A stretch of DNA of 63,685 bases, the filler included, from Octopus bimaculoides (taxonomy: Eukaryota), in NCBI RefSeq assembly GCF_001194135.2. It is 7 parts of 6 records of this genome, joined end to end, with 100 filler letters (N's around TTAATTAATTAA, not from the genome) between each part and the next. Parts side by side here need not be neighbours in the genome. Positions count along the whole stretch, not along the records: positions 1 to 11,714 come from NC_068987.1; positions 11,815 to 23,955 come from NW_026295060.1; 5 more parts are not named here. One strand, given 5' to 3'. Both the position numbers and the translations under genes were made by a program. This document shows positions 1-11,935 of this stretch, in pieces (the stretch's first letter is position 1; every line of letters begins with the position of its first letter). The notes below the pieces were generated by a model. The model was not told the origin of the DNA. It did no database searches and saw nothing but the letters and a program-made list of their open reading frames with translations.

Positions 1-39
<39 letters not shown>

Positions 40-63
40 TATATATATACATACATACAAGCA

Positions 64-99
<36 letters not shown>

Positions 100-112
100 C
101 ATATATATATGT
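1..112. repeat. (TA)n/(TACA)n compound microsatellite
   Basis: Direct reading. Confidence 0.95.
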
Positions 113-149
113 GCATACCTACATCTACATGTATATATAAATGCATATC

Positions 150-375
150 CGGGTACAGGACGTCAAAAAGGAACGGGAACATAAAGCACAAAAAAACGGA
201 TTTTTTTTTACAGACAACAGAATGAACACATAGGAGAACAGACGAGCCACTTATGGAACTTTTCCTTCATCAGCTGCCTCTATTCTAAACTAGGCATTTC
301 GAAGATGAGGCAGAACGCGCTCTTAGAATAGCTCGTAAGGGAGTTAAAGGTTGTGAATCCAACCAACTAAGGGAT
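150..375 (-). mobile_element. Possible Penelope-like terminal-repeat fragment
   Basis: Minus strand has CTGATGA followed by a GGAA/TTCC hairpin, and a CTGCCTC/GAGGCAG stem, resembling degenerate PLE hammerhead-type ends. No coding evidence. Confidence 0.35.
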
Positions 376-519
376 AATATCTATCCAATATACTGCTGGT
401 AGAATACCCAATTATTAATACACAAGTGTTTTTTTTTTCATTGCATGGCAATTACACTACTGAATGTAATAAATGGGTGAGGGTAAAAAGTTGTTTTTCC
501 CTTAATTTATACAGCAATA

Positions 520-1960
520 AGAAAATGGAGGGGATCAAGAGGGGGTATTTCCAACAGTAAATCATATGTAACTAAACCGGAAACTTTCACTATAACATAG
601 GAAGGTACCTGGAATGGCCTTAAAAGTTGGATATTGGTAGAAGAGGCTGACATTTTACAAGAAACCACTATTCAAAAGCACTATGGAAGGTCAGAATTAC
701 TTACCGAATGGTTTCCTATAGCACGGGCGAATTTTGTAGCTAAGAATGAAACCATGGAGTTAACAAGACTATAGGCCCATTGTTTGCCTAAACATTAGAT
801 ACAAACTGTACACAAGCTACCTCAACCAATTCTTCCAGGATCATTGTGGGTCCAACAACATAGTGACTGATGAGCAGGGCAAGTGGAAAGAAGGGAGTGT
901 GAGGAGGTGCCAAACAACTTTTGGTAAACAAAACAGTACTATCCGAAGGAGCCTTGCAACAGTATGGCTTGATTATAGGAAGGTATTTTTCTCTATTTTC
1001 CACTCATAACTGCTGGGAGTATCTACATTTGGCAAAAGTACTTGCTACCTTAATTACTGTCATTGAGAGGCTCACAAAGACCTGAGCAACAACTCTTACA
1101 TTTTGAACTGAGAGCGCAACGATTGTCTTCAATGTTATAAATATTTCAAAGGGAATATTCCAAGGAGATTGACTGTAATTCTGTTCATTTTGGCATTAAA
1201 TCCATTATCATTCCTACTACAAAAATCAAATGGCTACATGCTTGGAGCTGCAAATGTTACAGATATTCACGTAACCCATAAATTCTTCATTAACGGCCCC
1301 AGGATTCATGCTAAAAGCGTTAACAATGCCAAAAAAAAAAAAAATAGCTGGAATTCATGACAGCATTTTCAGCTGACGTAAGAATGGAATTTGGTCAAAA
1401 GAAATGTTCATATTTGACCTTTGAACGGGAAAAGTCAGTACTGTAGTCCGAAAACCTGTGCATCAACGGTCTCACTATCTTTTCTGTCTCACAAAAAGAA
1501 TGCTGCAAGTGCCTAGGTTTTGATAAAAGCACATGATACGAAGGTACTATGAATAAAGATAGAATGACCCAAGAATATTATGCCAGACAAGAAAATATGT
1601 CAGTCAGAACACTCCTATTATAACAAGACAATATTCCACAATACATTTCAGTACCAGTGCTGATGTGAATATCTCTTTGAAAATCATGAAGAGGATAATT
1701 ATGGACAACTGTTTCGAAACTTCCAGCTTTTATATCCAAATTATAAATTCACATTCATACCAACAATAAATGGCGCACTTGGATTTGTCAGTGAACGCCT
1801 AAGTGACAATCTGAATAAGCTAGGCGCACATTACAAATACAATCTGTAAGTGGAACAATAAAAATATACAAGACTCTTCTCAAGTTTAACATGTAACAGT
1901 ATTTTAGTTGTCTGTATTATCACGATGGAGCTTTGCACTATTGTTAGAAATCAACTCATT
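520..1960 (+). mobile_element. Decayed R4/Dong-like (REL-endonuclease) non-LTR retrotransposon
   Basis: Broken frames give DYRPIVCLNIRYKLYTS, KQLLVNKTV, VWLDYRK, KGIFQGD*..ILFILALNPLSFLL, ADVRMEFGQKKC, and a C-terminal NYGQL..NFQLLYPNYKFTFIP. Many stops, frameshifts and internal deletions. Confidence 0.8.
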
Positions 1961-2002
1961 TCTTACAGGAAGAATTTAAATAGTTAAAAGCAGGAGAGAA
2001 CA

Positions 2003-2112
2003 TACATACATATAAACATACATACATACATTTATACATACACACATATATGCATACATACGTACGTACATACATACATACATACATACATACATACATA
2101 CATACATACATG
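2003..2112. repeat. (TACA)n, probably the (ATGT)n 3' tail of the adjacent minus-strand RTE
   Basis: Starts directly after the RTE 3' UTR on the minus strand. Confidence 0.8.
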
Positions 2113-2920
2113 ATGGCTGCCCCCTCGTTATCGAGTATGGCCATTGCACGAAGCTTAACTTAACGGTGTTGTGATCGAATGTGACTTTTTAGCCCAGCCA
2201 AAGATCTACAATGTCTTGCACAGAGTTGGCATCCAAAACCTTTACTGGCAATCGCTGGCTGTTGTTGTAGTTGGGCTCCATGTACCTTTGCGTGTCGTTT
2301 AACTCCTCCTGCTGAATCACACTCCCTTCCACATGCCCGACAGACATGATTAGTATGGTGTGTAGCACCACCACCAGCGGCCTGGTAGTCAATCATCGGT
2401 CTCGCTTTATGACTACGAAGATGACTCATGAGTCCAGCTTTACTGAGTCACGGTCTTGCACAGACACTGCATGTCAGTGTCATAGGAAGACCCTTTCCAT
2501 CTGGAAGTGCAACAACAATGCCCTTCCTGACATCCCTCCTTAATTTCTCATGTGTAATTCATGATTTCTCAAAAGTAGTTGTCCCCTCATGCACAATCCT
2601 TCTCCACCTGCCACAGTCAATAGCTATGCCTTCCCACGTGTTACATGCATGCATACATACATACATACATACATACATACATACGTACATACATACATAC
2701 ATACATACATACATACATACATACATACATACATAACTGACAGACAACAAATGCAGGCTTTGCAAGACCAAGACTGAAGGCATCAAACACATTATTGCCA
2801 ACAGTGAGAGAATGTTTTCCAGATATCTTCCCACGAGGCATAATGCGGCGGTCAAAACAGTCTGGAACAGGATAACTAAAAAAGAAACGAAGTTGACCAT
2901 TATGAGACCGATGAATCAAA
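2113..2920 (-). mobile_element. RTE (BovB-like) LINE 3' portion with three C-terminal C2H2 zinc fingers, interrupted by (TACA)n at about 2650-2736
   Basis: WEGIAIDCGRWRRIVHEGTTTFE matches the RTE WExLAxDRxxWR motif. It is followed by CSVCARP*LSKAGLMSHLRSH, CRACGRECDSAGGVKRHAKVH and CQLCARHCRSLAGLKSHIRSQH. Confidence 0.8.
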
Positions 2921-3320
2921 AGAATATTGGTGGAGCTTAAGAATTAAAACAGCCACCAAATTTAAAACACAACCAGCCAGATATCGTTGTGAGGGACCAC
3001 AAAGAAAAGCTATGTTCTGTTGTGGAAATCAGCTGCCCTCTGAACACAAAGCGGTTTAAAAAAATATTAAAAAAGAGAGGACATCTATGGACCATTGATG
3101 ACGAGTTTGCTAATCCATTACCCAAGATACACTTTCAGCTTCATTCCTGTTGCAGCAATAATGATATTATTGGAGCAACAGGATACGTACCAACATGTAT
3201 GGAGTAAAGCATGGCTGAACTTGGAATTTCAGGGAGAGAATGCAGATCCTTAATGCATATGCTATGAATAATCACGATATTTGGGGCTATAAAAGTTTGC
3301 AAGACCTTCTTAAGATTTAA
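2915..3320 (+). mobile_element. R4/Dong-like LINE 3' fragment (REL endonuclease)
   Basis: KEYWWSLRIKTATK, then HNQPDIVVRDHKEKLCSVVEISCPLN and IIGATGYVP (PD-(D/E)xK-type nuclease). Similar to ORF 27674..28210. Confidence 0.7.
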
Positions 3321-3439
3321 ATGATGACGGATAAAAGAAGATATTTTGCTTCACAACCTTGCTACCAAGTAGGTAACCAGCCAAAATTTGCTCTAAAATT
3401 AAAAAGAAAACACACACGTCAGGCTTCTTTCAGTTTCCG

Positions 3440-3578
3440 TTCACCAAATCTACTCACAAAACATTGGTCGCCCCGATGCTTTTGTACAAGACACTTATCT
3501 AAGGTGCCGCGCAGTAGAACCGAACTCGAAACCACGTGGTTGCAGAGCAAACATCTAAACCACACAGCTATACCTGCA
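3440..3578 (-). mobile_element. tRNA-derived SINE head (family D)
   Basis: A-box-like TAGCTGTGTGG, B-box-like GGTTTCGAGTTCGG, then GGCACCTTAGATAAGTGTCTT. Related to 57725-58097. Confidence 0.6.
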
Positions 3579-3936
3579 CTAATTAAATAGGCTGTCAAAC
3601 TTCCTTCGAATTACACCTTACGTTTTTGAAAAGAGAGGAAGACGTTGGATAATGTAATCCTAGATACGCATGTAAAGATGAAACAGACATGGTTTAAACT
3701 TCCTTTGATCGTGTAAGGGATGACCCGGAGTTAAGCAACAATCACCGGTTCAAACAAGTCAAGAAGAGTGCCTCTATGTGGTTGCATACTGGCTAAAAAT
3801 AGCAGCCGAATTCCCCTCAACCTAAAAAACAAACAAGACAATGGTTAATGTAGTCCTAGGTATACTACGCCGCGAAACAAAATGGGATGATCAAAACTGG
3901 AACCGTGATAGGTCTGCTTGTTCAGAATTAGAATTA

Positions 3937-4906
3937 TGAGGTGGTACCAAAAGGCTCCCGGACTAGTTGTGATTAATAATAAAAAAAAAACTGCTTTACT
4001 TAAGTTTTAACACCATCTTCTTTGAAATAGTCACCTTGCATAGCAATACACCAGTCCTAGTGTTCCTGCCACTTTTGGAATCCAGTCTAGAAGTTGTTTN
4101 NNNNNNNNNNNNNNNNNNNNNNNNNNNNNNNNNNNNNNNNNNNNNNNNNNNNNNNNNNNNNNNNNNNNNNNNNNNNNNNNNNNNNNNNNNNNNNNNNNNN
4201 NNNNNNNNNNNNNNNNNNNNNNNNNNNNNNNNNNNNNNNNNNNNNNNNNNNNNNNNNNNNNNNNNNNNNNNNNNNNNNNNNNNNNNNNNNNNNNNNNNNN
4301 NNNNNNNNNNNNNNNNNNNNNNNNNNNNNNNNNNNNNNNNNNNNNNNNNNNNNNNNNNNNNNNNNNNNNNNNNNNNNNNNNNNNNNNNNNNNNNNNNNNN
4401 NNNNNNNNNNNNNNNNNNNNNNNNNNNNNNNNNNNNNNNNNNNNNNNNNNNNNNNNNNNNNNNNNNNNNNNNNNNNNNNNNNNNNNNNNNNNNNNNNNNN
4501 NNNNNNNNNNNNNNNNNNNNNNNNNNNNNNNNNNNNNNNNNNNNNNNNNNNNNNNNNNNNNNNNNNATCTGCCAGGGACGTTCTTCTACTTTTGAAGCGC
4601 CCGTGCCATTCGAAATATTGCATACGACCCATTGCCTCATCACTGTAAGCTTGCCGAAGCATGTTCAATGTCACTGTAGCAGACTTCCCAAGTTTAACGC
4701 AAAATTTTACGTTGGCTCTTTGTTCCAACTTCCTGTCCATGACAAAAATCGCAGACTACAGCAAACACGTGATCACAAAAACACAAATTTCACAAGGCAC
4801 ATTGCCTCATGAAGGTCACCACTAGCTCTCGCTGCGTACGTAATTGTGTACTGCCATCTGTTGGCGCGATACAGAACTAGCCCGGGAACATTTTGACACC
4901 ACCTCG
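3937..4906 (-). mobile_element. Mariner element (central part lies in an N gap)
   Basis: Imperfect TIRs at 3937-3968 and 4875-4906, TA on the left. N-terminus MDRKLEQRANVKFCVKLGKSATVTLNMLRQAYSDEAMGRMQYFEWHGRFK. C-terminus WQEH*DWCIAMQGDYFKE. Confidence 0.85.
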
Positions 4907-5004
4907 AAGTTCTGACGACAACATAATCAACAACAACAACAGCAACAATAATGTGACTACCTATACCTTTGATCATAAATCAGCTTAACCCGATGTGACA
5001 TAGG

Positions 5005-5228
5005 CTAAATTGCCCTTTCTACAAGAGCCACAGGGCCTGAAATTTTGTGGGTGGGGGCTACTCGATTACACTGACCCCAATGCTTGACTAGCATTTACTT
5101 TATCAACCCCGGAAGGATAAAAATCAAAGTCGTGCTCAGCAGAATTTGAACTCAGAACTTAAAGCCGAAAGAAATGCCGCTATGCATTTTGCCCGGCCCG
5201 GTAACGATTCTGCCAGCTCACTGCCTTT
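5005..5228 (-). mobile_element. SINE family A (head GGCAGTGAGCTGGCAGAATCGTT)
   Basis: Matches many other copies in the window, with a B-box-like GAGTTCAAAT. Confidence 0.75.
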
Positions 5229-5345
5229 CCTAGGGTTAAATAATAACAGCAACAATTTTTTTTTAAATACGGCTTGTCAATCAACATTACATTCTCATGC
5301 TGCCCCCATCTTATCTTAACCCCGTTACTAGACCCAAGTGAAAAA

Positions 5346-5665
5346 GCACGTGGCTCAGTGGTTAGGGTGATTCGACTCACGATTGTAAGGTCGTGAGTTC
5401 AATTCCCGGCAATGCATTGTGTCCTTGAGCAAGACATTTTATTTCGAGTTGCTCCAGTCCACTCAGCTGGCAAAAATGGGTAGTACCTGTGTTTCAAAGG
5501 ACCAGTCTTGTTACATTCTGATTCACGCTGAATGTCCCCGAGAACTATGTTAAGGGTATACGTGCTTGTGGAGTGCTCGGTCACATGCACGTTAATTTCA
5601 CGAGCAGGCTGTTCCTTTTATCGGATCAACTAGAACCCTCGTCGTAAGCGACGGAGTGCCAGTAC
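5346..5665 (+). mobile_element. tRNA-derived SINE family B1
   Basis: tRNA-like head GTGGCTCAGTGGTTAGG...GAGTTCAATTCC, central GTGTCCTTGAGCAAGACA...GCTCCAGTCCACTCAGCTG, 3' end CCCTCGTCGTAAGCGACGGAGTGCC. Confidence 0.8.
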
Positions 5666-5811
5666 TAGACTCAAACAATACACCACTTTTACAGCACAGT
5701 GTTAAAGGTGACGTGCTGGTGGAATTGTTAGCCAGTCGAACAAAATGTTTAGCTGCATTTCTTCCGGCTCTTTACATTCGGTGCGCAGAAGTCGACTTTA
5801 TTTCTCATCCT

Positions 5812-6629
5812 GGATCTTGTTCAAAACGGGGGCACCAGTATTTTCTTAACGAAACACTTTGAAACTTGGGACACTGGTAGAATGTGTCATATAAAACATC
5901 TTTTTCTCTTAGTCTTCTTAACAAAAAAAACGTACATCGCAAGTTATTTCATGTTAAAGTTGTCGTATTTCTGTAATTTCAACCAATGACTGACGTCCAT
6001 TCNNNNNNNNNNNNNNNNNNNNNNNNNNNNNNNNNNNNNNNNNNNNNNNNNNNNNNNNNNNNNNNNNNNNNNNNNNNNNNNNNNNNNNNNNNNNNNNNNN
6101 NNNNNNNNNNNNNNNNNNNNNNNNNNNNNNNNNNNNNNNNNNNNNNNNNNNNNNNNNNNNNNNNNNNNNNNNNNNNNNNNNNNNNNNNNNNNNNNNNNNN
6201 NNNNNNTATTATTTCCTTGTCAAAAAATGGCTGAAGCATATTGGCAGTAGCTAATAAACCTTTCTATTATAGGCACAAGGCATGGTTTTTGAGAGAAGGA
6301 GCAAGTCAATTAAGGTTAGGGTTAGGGTTAGGGAAAACGAACACACGTGTGTTGCCTCTGCAAAATGTCAGAAGTAATGGAGATTAAATACGCTTTACAC
6401 CGCTTAAAGTGCCAAAGGAGTAAGTATAAACAGCTGAGTACTTGTCAGTGATTGGTTGAAATTATCGAAATAAGACAATTTTTTTACATGAAATAAATCC
6501 GAATACAAAATTTTTTTTCTGTTCTATAACACAAAATAGATAAGTATACGAAGTTTGAAAGTCTTTCGGTACCAAAAACACTACATAAAACATAAATGAA
6601 AACTGGTGCCCCCGTTTTGAACAAGATCC
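5812..6629. mobile_element. Foldback/MITE with GGATC...GATCC termini and internal (TTAGGG)3
   Basis: GGATCTTGTTCAAAACGGGGGCACCAGT at 5812 and its near-exact reverse complement ending at 6629. Imperfect arms of about 190 bp. No TSD visible, and an N gap lies inside. Confidence 0.7.
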
Positions 6630-6709
6630 AAACATTTTGTGGGTCACAGTATTTTGCACGTCGTGGCCATAAAGTCACCTAAACCAGGGCTGGTGGGCCA
6701 GTGCAAAAA

Positions 6710-6716
6710 CTACTAT

Positions 6717-6765
<49 letters not shown>

Positions 6766-6785
6766 GCCACCACCACCACCTCCAA
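6710..6785. repeat. (CTA)n/(CCA)n microsatellite
   Basis: Direct reading. Confidence 0.95.
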
Positions 6786-7954
6786 CATTACCACTATGAC
6801 TTCATTGAATCCTGATCATCATTTACGCTGGTGCGTTCTAAGGGAAATAACTTTTAGTAATTTTTGAGTTATTTCCCTTGCATAAGGAACTCTGCTAGCT
6901 GCATATTATTTGATGTATTTGTCTGGCGAATGATTTGATAAGAGATGACTTGAAATGGAAACAGCGACGATGTCACATATTTGCCACTCAAAAAGGCAAC
7001 AATAAAAGAATTAAAAAATTGCGTGTCGACTGTTAATTTAGACATCTATTATTTGGTGGCAGCTTGTCAGTAACCAAGTTGCAATTGGTGCGACGAAAGT
7101 TTTGGTACCAAATAAATGTTTAAGAGAAGCTAATAGACTTTGTATTTTGTATGACTAATGTCTGCTTGCCACGCTGTAATAATGTTATATGTTGTATTTC
7201 GTAGAACATTGACGGTTAAGTGTAATGTTGACCGGCAAAAGTGCCTTGTTGTATTTCTTCTCTTACATTCTTGATTTTAAATCTGTTGAAGTCAACTTTG
7301 CTTTTTACCCTTCTCAGATTGATAACACTGTGTAACACAATTTTTGTCGTTGGGTAACAACTATCACTTCCTATTTAGTTACCCCTAGAAAGTACGAAAA
7401 ATTGCAAATAATCCCTTCATACTTTGCTATTGCTACATTTAGTCAAACCCCAAAATATCCCTCTCAACACATAGCTATGATGCTTCCCACTACTTCTGCC
7501 CATGATCAGAGATGCACATATTGTCAGCCACTAAGGGACATGCTCAAGTGGTTAAAGTTAGCAACTGACAAGCAAATCTGTGGTACTGAGCAGAATATTT
7601 CCTGTAGCGATATTTCTGCTTCAGCAACTCAGCGCTGAATCTGTCTAAAATGTAATGGGAATTAGGTCCATTTCAAAACAGATGTCCAGATCACAAAAAC
7701 AAAGTTTGAAGTGAATAATAGTAATTTCCTTTGATTTTTAGATAGAAGTAAAGAGGAAATAACACTTAGTGACCAAAGACCAAAACTTTTGTTACACAGT
7801 GTAATTGAAGTACTAGTCAAGATTTGGACTCCATGTAATCGACTATCTTCATGTACGATCGGCTTTGTTTTGCCCGAGGCTATAGATAAAAACACTTGCC
7901 CAGGGACTGAACCTTAGACACTTACCACACAGACACTCCTGCTTTATATATATA

Positions 7955-9405
7955 TTGGGTCATCCCATAAATAATGTAGTTTTTTATACTTCCTTTATTT
8001 TCCAAAATTAAGATAAACAAATATTAATAGTTATCGTCAAGCTAACATGGCAGTCCAGAAAAATAGGATGAGTGCTGCCGTTAATTAGCTCCAAGAGGTA
8101 TCTTGGAGCTAATCTCCAGTACCGCTGCCGTAGTCTCCTTTAGAGAGACTTAGAAATATGAATATTTCTATAAGATAAACAAAGTTCTTCTTTAATCTCA
8201 AATATACTCTCCTTCATTTTCTGCAATGCTCTTCCATCTATCTGGTAGACTTGCTAGGCCCTTCTTCCGAAATTCACTTGTCCGTAAGGAAAAATACTCC
8301 TCCTGTACTATTCTGACCTCGTCTACAGTATTCATATTTTTTCCGTCCAAATGATTTTGAAGACTGCGGAATAAATGATAATCAGATGGGACAATGTCCA
8401 GAGAATATGGTGGGTGGGTCATCGTTTCCCATTCAAACTGTTCCAGCCTTTGGAATGTCATCCTTGCTGTGTGCGGCCGAGCATTATCTGAATGGAAGAA
8501 CACCTTTCATCTTGAAACCAAAGATGGTTGTTTTCCTTCTAGCGCTGACTTAAGCCGCTCAAGCTGCTCGCAGTAGATCTCCTTTGTTATCGTTTGGTTT
8601 GGGTTTAAATGTTCTAAGTGGACTAAACCTTTCATATCCCACCATACAGATAACAACACCTTACGTAGGTGAAGACCTTCTTTAGCCTGGAGTGCCGCAG
8701 TTTCTCTTCTCCTTACCCACTGTTTTCAGCGCTTGACATTTTCATAGAGAACCCATTTCTCATCACCAGTCACTATTCGGTCCAAAAAAAGCTTCATTCG
8801 TGAGATGTGACAGCAAAGAAGAGCACACATACACACTTTGCGTGTGATTAGAATAGGAAAGTTTGTGAGGAAACCAATGACCCAATTTGCTGACTTTTCC
8901 GATGGCACGCAGGTGTCGATGAATGGTTGAATGATTAAATTCAAGTTTGTCTCCTAGTTCCTCAACAGTTACGATAGAATTTTGTTCCACCAGGGTTTGC
9001 AGAACGTCCTCGTCGAGCTATACACATCTTCCAGGACGTGGCTCGACTTTTAGGCTGTAGTTTCCGGCTGGGAATTTCCGGAACCACCGTTGACACTGGC
9101 TTACGCTTTTTGTCCCATCCCCATATGCTGCATTAATATCCCTCGCACTTTCCGTTGCGTTGTTGCCTTTATTGAACTCTTAAAGCAAAATATGCCGAAT
9201 AGGCTCCTTTGTCACTTCCATTATAGCTTTGAAAAAATAACTGTTAAAATCGAACTGCACTCTTCAAAAGTTGCACTAAGAATAAGTCCTAGGTAAAATT
9301 ACTACCTGCTTTTATAAGAAGCTGATGCAGGGTACTTTATCCCGACCCCTTCCGACTTTTAGTTCATACAATTGAAAAAATCGCATTATTCATGAGATGA
9401 CCCTC
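7955..9405 (-). mobile_element. Full-length but defective mariner (DD34D) element
   Basis: TA-flanked TIRs TTGGGTCATCCCATAAATAATG and CATTATTCATGAGATGACCC. Transposase remnants MEVTKEPIRHILL*EFNKG, WFPHKLS, IVTGDEKWVLYEN, HSDNARPH and HPPYSLDIVPSDYHLFRSLQNHL, with stops and frameshifts. Confidence 0.95.
8022..8170. mobile_element. 149-bp insertion with a 13-bp TSD inside the mariner 3' region
   Basis: TAAGATAAACAAA at 8009-8021 and 8171-8183. The insert is absent from the sister mariner at 53273. Confidence 0.7.
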
Positions 9406-9477
9406 TACATATATGTGTGTATANNNNNNNNNNNNNNNNNNNNNNNNNNNNNNNNNNNNNNNNNNNNNNNNNNNNNN

Positions 9478-10318
9478 AGTGAAACCACCTCTCTCACGGT
9501 TATATATTTACAAATGCGAGCGTAGCAGGAAACAACTCTTTCCCGCCTTGCTGTGTCATCACCTGACTGACTTTTATTTTCGCGGCATTCGCCTCCAGTC
9601 CGTTCGCGACAGGACGCAAACCGACCAACCGTAGCCACTAATAAGGTCATGTGAGAGAGTGTTTTTATGATGCTCTCTGGAGCCTCCTTGTACCTATAAA
9701 TAGCCTAAATTATCCGCGCCAGTTCGTCGCGGCTACAGATCTTCTAAGATCTAGTCGTTGACCACATACGTAACACAGCCAGCCAGTTCCAGCGACGACA
9801 TCAACAGCATCGTTCAACTACGTACTACCAGCATCGTCGCCAGCGTCAACATAACTTCTCCACGTACACAAGCTACCGCAGCTTCTCTTCTCAACCCTGT
9901 TTGTGTGAATCGCCTAACCACGAAATTAACAGCCAGAACTCAACCTGCGAAGAACATCTGTATCAAAAATCCGGCCCGGCATCGAAGCCTCAACTGCACG
10001 ACAAGTGACTTAGCTCTGCCATCAACCATAACTTCTTATATACAGACCTACAAATCTACTGTGTACCTTAACAGAACTGGTATCTTATTATCCTGTGTTA
10101 CAGACTCTTTCTATGCTTTGTATCTCTTGCATTCACATACATATATTTGTATACACACTCTTTTGTTTACATGACGGCCTGTCTTATATTATGTTTTATT
10201 ATGTCGCATTCACACACACACAGACATACAGCTTAATGCCCCAATAAATCTTACTGTTATTCATCTTTATCGGTTGCGTTCCTATCTTGTCCTTCCAGGC
10301 AAACTTCTTAGTTCTCTN
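9478..10318 (+). mobile_element. Probable LTR (solo or partial), gap-flanked
   Basis: Homologous to 23670-23955, which starts TGTAGTGAAAC. CCAA(T/C) motif, GTCA(C/T)GTG, TATAAATAG, and a downstream AATAAA near 10243. Confidence 0.55.
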
Positions 10319-11011
10319 NNNNNNNNNNNNNNNNNNNNNNNNNNNNNNNNNNNNNNNNNNNNNNNNNNNNNNNNNNNNNNNNNNNNNNNNNNNNNNNNNN
10401 NNNNNNNNNNNNNNNNNNNNNNNNNNNNNNNNNNNNNNNNNNNNNNNNNNNNNNNNNNNNNNNNNNNNNNNNNNNNNNNNNNNNNNNNNNNNNNNNNNNN
10501 NNNNNNNNNNNNNNNNNNNNNNNNNNNNNNNNNNNNNNNNNNNNNNNNNNNNNNNNNNNNNNNNNNNNNNNNNNNNNNNNNNNNNNNNNNNNNNNNNNNN
10601 NNNNNNNNNNNNNNNNNACATCTCCGAATGACCCGTCCTTTTCTTTGTATCGTCTATCTGGATGTTTTGTTGCCCTTTTTTGTATCATTTAACTGTCTGG
10701 GTGTGTGTGTGTGTAAATTTCTGTCAGTCTCGTCGATGAATATTCGATCAGTTGAATTAATATATAAATGACTAATCATTCTACATACATGTGTCCTCTT
10801 TATGTAATCAGCATGATAAGTGGGTGACAAAACTGTACCTTTGAATTATAGATAGAATTCATTCGACAAGCGTCTGTACAGTTTTCGTCTAATCTTTTTT
10901 TTTTTTTTTTTTCAATAGCAAGTGAAGGTTGACATGTAGCTTTAGAAAATGATATTTGTCTAAGACGCCTTTCGGTGGAATCGACCAAAGGATCTCGGGC
11001 ATATTGAACCT

Positions 11012-11029
11012 ACACACATACACACCCAC

Positions 11030-11064
<35 letters not shown>

Positions 11065-11714
11065 CACATACAGACTTACGTATATATATTCAAGCATACA
11101 TGCATACATACACATACACGCATATAGCACGCGCACACATAAGTAGGACACACACGTACGGACATACATTCATGCACACATACACACACACAACACACAC
11201 GCACACACACTCACATCGCACACAGACACACATACATAGATACATACATACATGCATACATACATACGCACATACATACATACCCACATACATACATACA
11301 CACACATACATACTCACACACATACACGCATACGTACATAGATACATGCATGCATGCATAGATACATACATACATACAACACACACACATAATACATACA
11401 TACATACATACATACATACACATACATACATACATACATACATGCATGCACACACACATGCATACACACACATACACACATATGTACATAGATACATACA
11501 TACATACAACACACACACATACATACATACATACACATACATACATGCATGCATAGATACATACATACAACACATACACATACATACATACATACATACA
11601 ACACACACACATACATACATACACATACATACATACATGCATGCATAGATACATACATGCATAGATACATACATACATACATACATGCATACATACATAC
11701 ATACATACATATAT
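11012..11714. repeat. Compound CA/TACA microsatellite
   Basis: Direct reading. It is the source of the spurious MYVC/HTYI ORFs. Confidence 0.95.
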
Positions 11715-11814
11715 NNNNNNNNNNNNNNNNNNNNNNNNNNNNNNNNNNNNNNNNNNNNTTAATTAATTAANNNNNNNNNNNNNNNNNNNNNNNNNNNNNN
11801 NNNNNNNNNNNNNN
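11715..11814. other. Artificial 100-bp spacer N44-TTAATTAATTAA-N44
   Basis: Identical structure occurs six times, with stops in all six frames. Confidence 0.95.
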
Positions 11815-11861
11815 ATATATACATATACATATATATATATACATATACATATATATATATA

Positions 11862-11935
11862 TACTAGCAGAAATACCTGGCGTTGTTAGGGTTAAAGAGA
11901 ATAATGAAATTTTAAAATGCCGTCTAGAATATGCA
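11862..11935 (+). mobile_element. Possible non-autonomous Helitron-type end
   Basis: TACTAGCAGAAATACCTGGCGTTGTTAGGG resembles the ACTAG..CCCG..CGGG ends of invertebrate Helitron derivatives. Weak. Confidence 0.3.

Noticed and set aside
788-1003. Protein-looking 71-aa minus ORF
   Set aside because: It is antisense to the R4/Dong-like RT on the plus strand.
6316-6333. Telomere or chromosome-fusion site
   Set aside because: There are only three repeat units, and they lie inside a transposon-like element.
11090-11710. Long ORFs rich in MYVC/HTYI/IYIY (also near 23.4, 31, 42, 46 and 52 kb)
   Set aside because: They are translations of TACA, CA and TA microsatellites.
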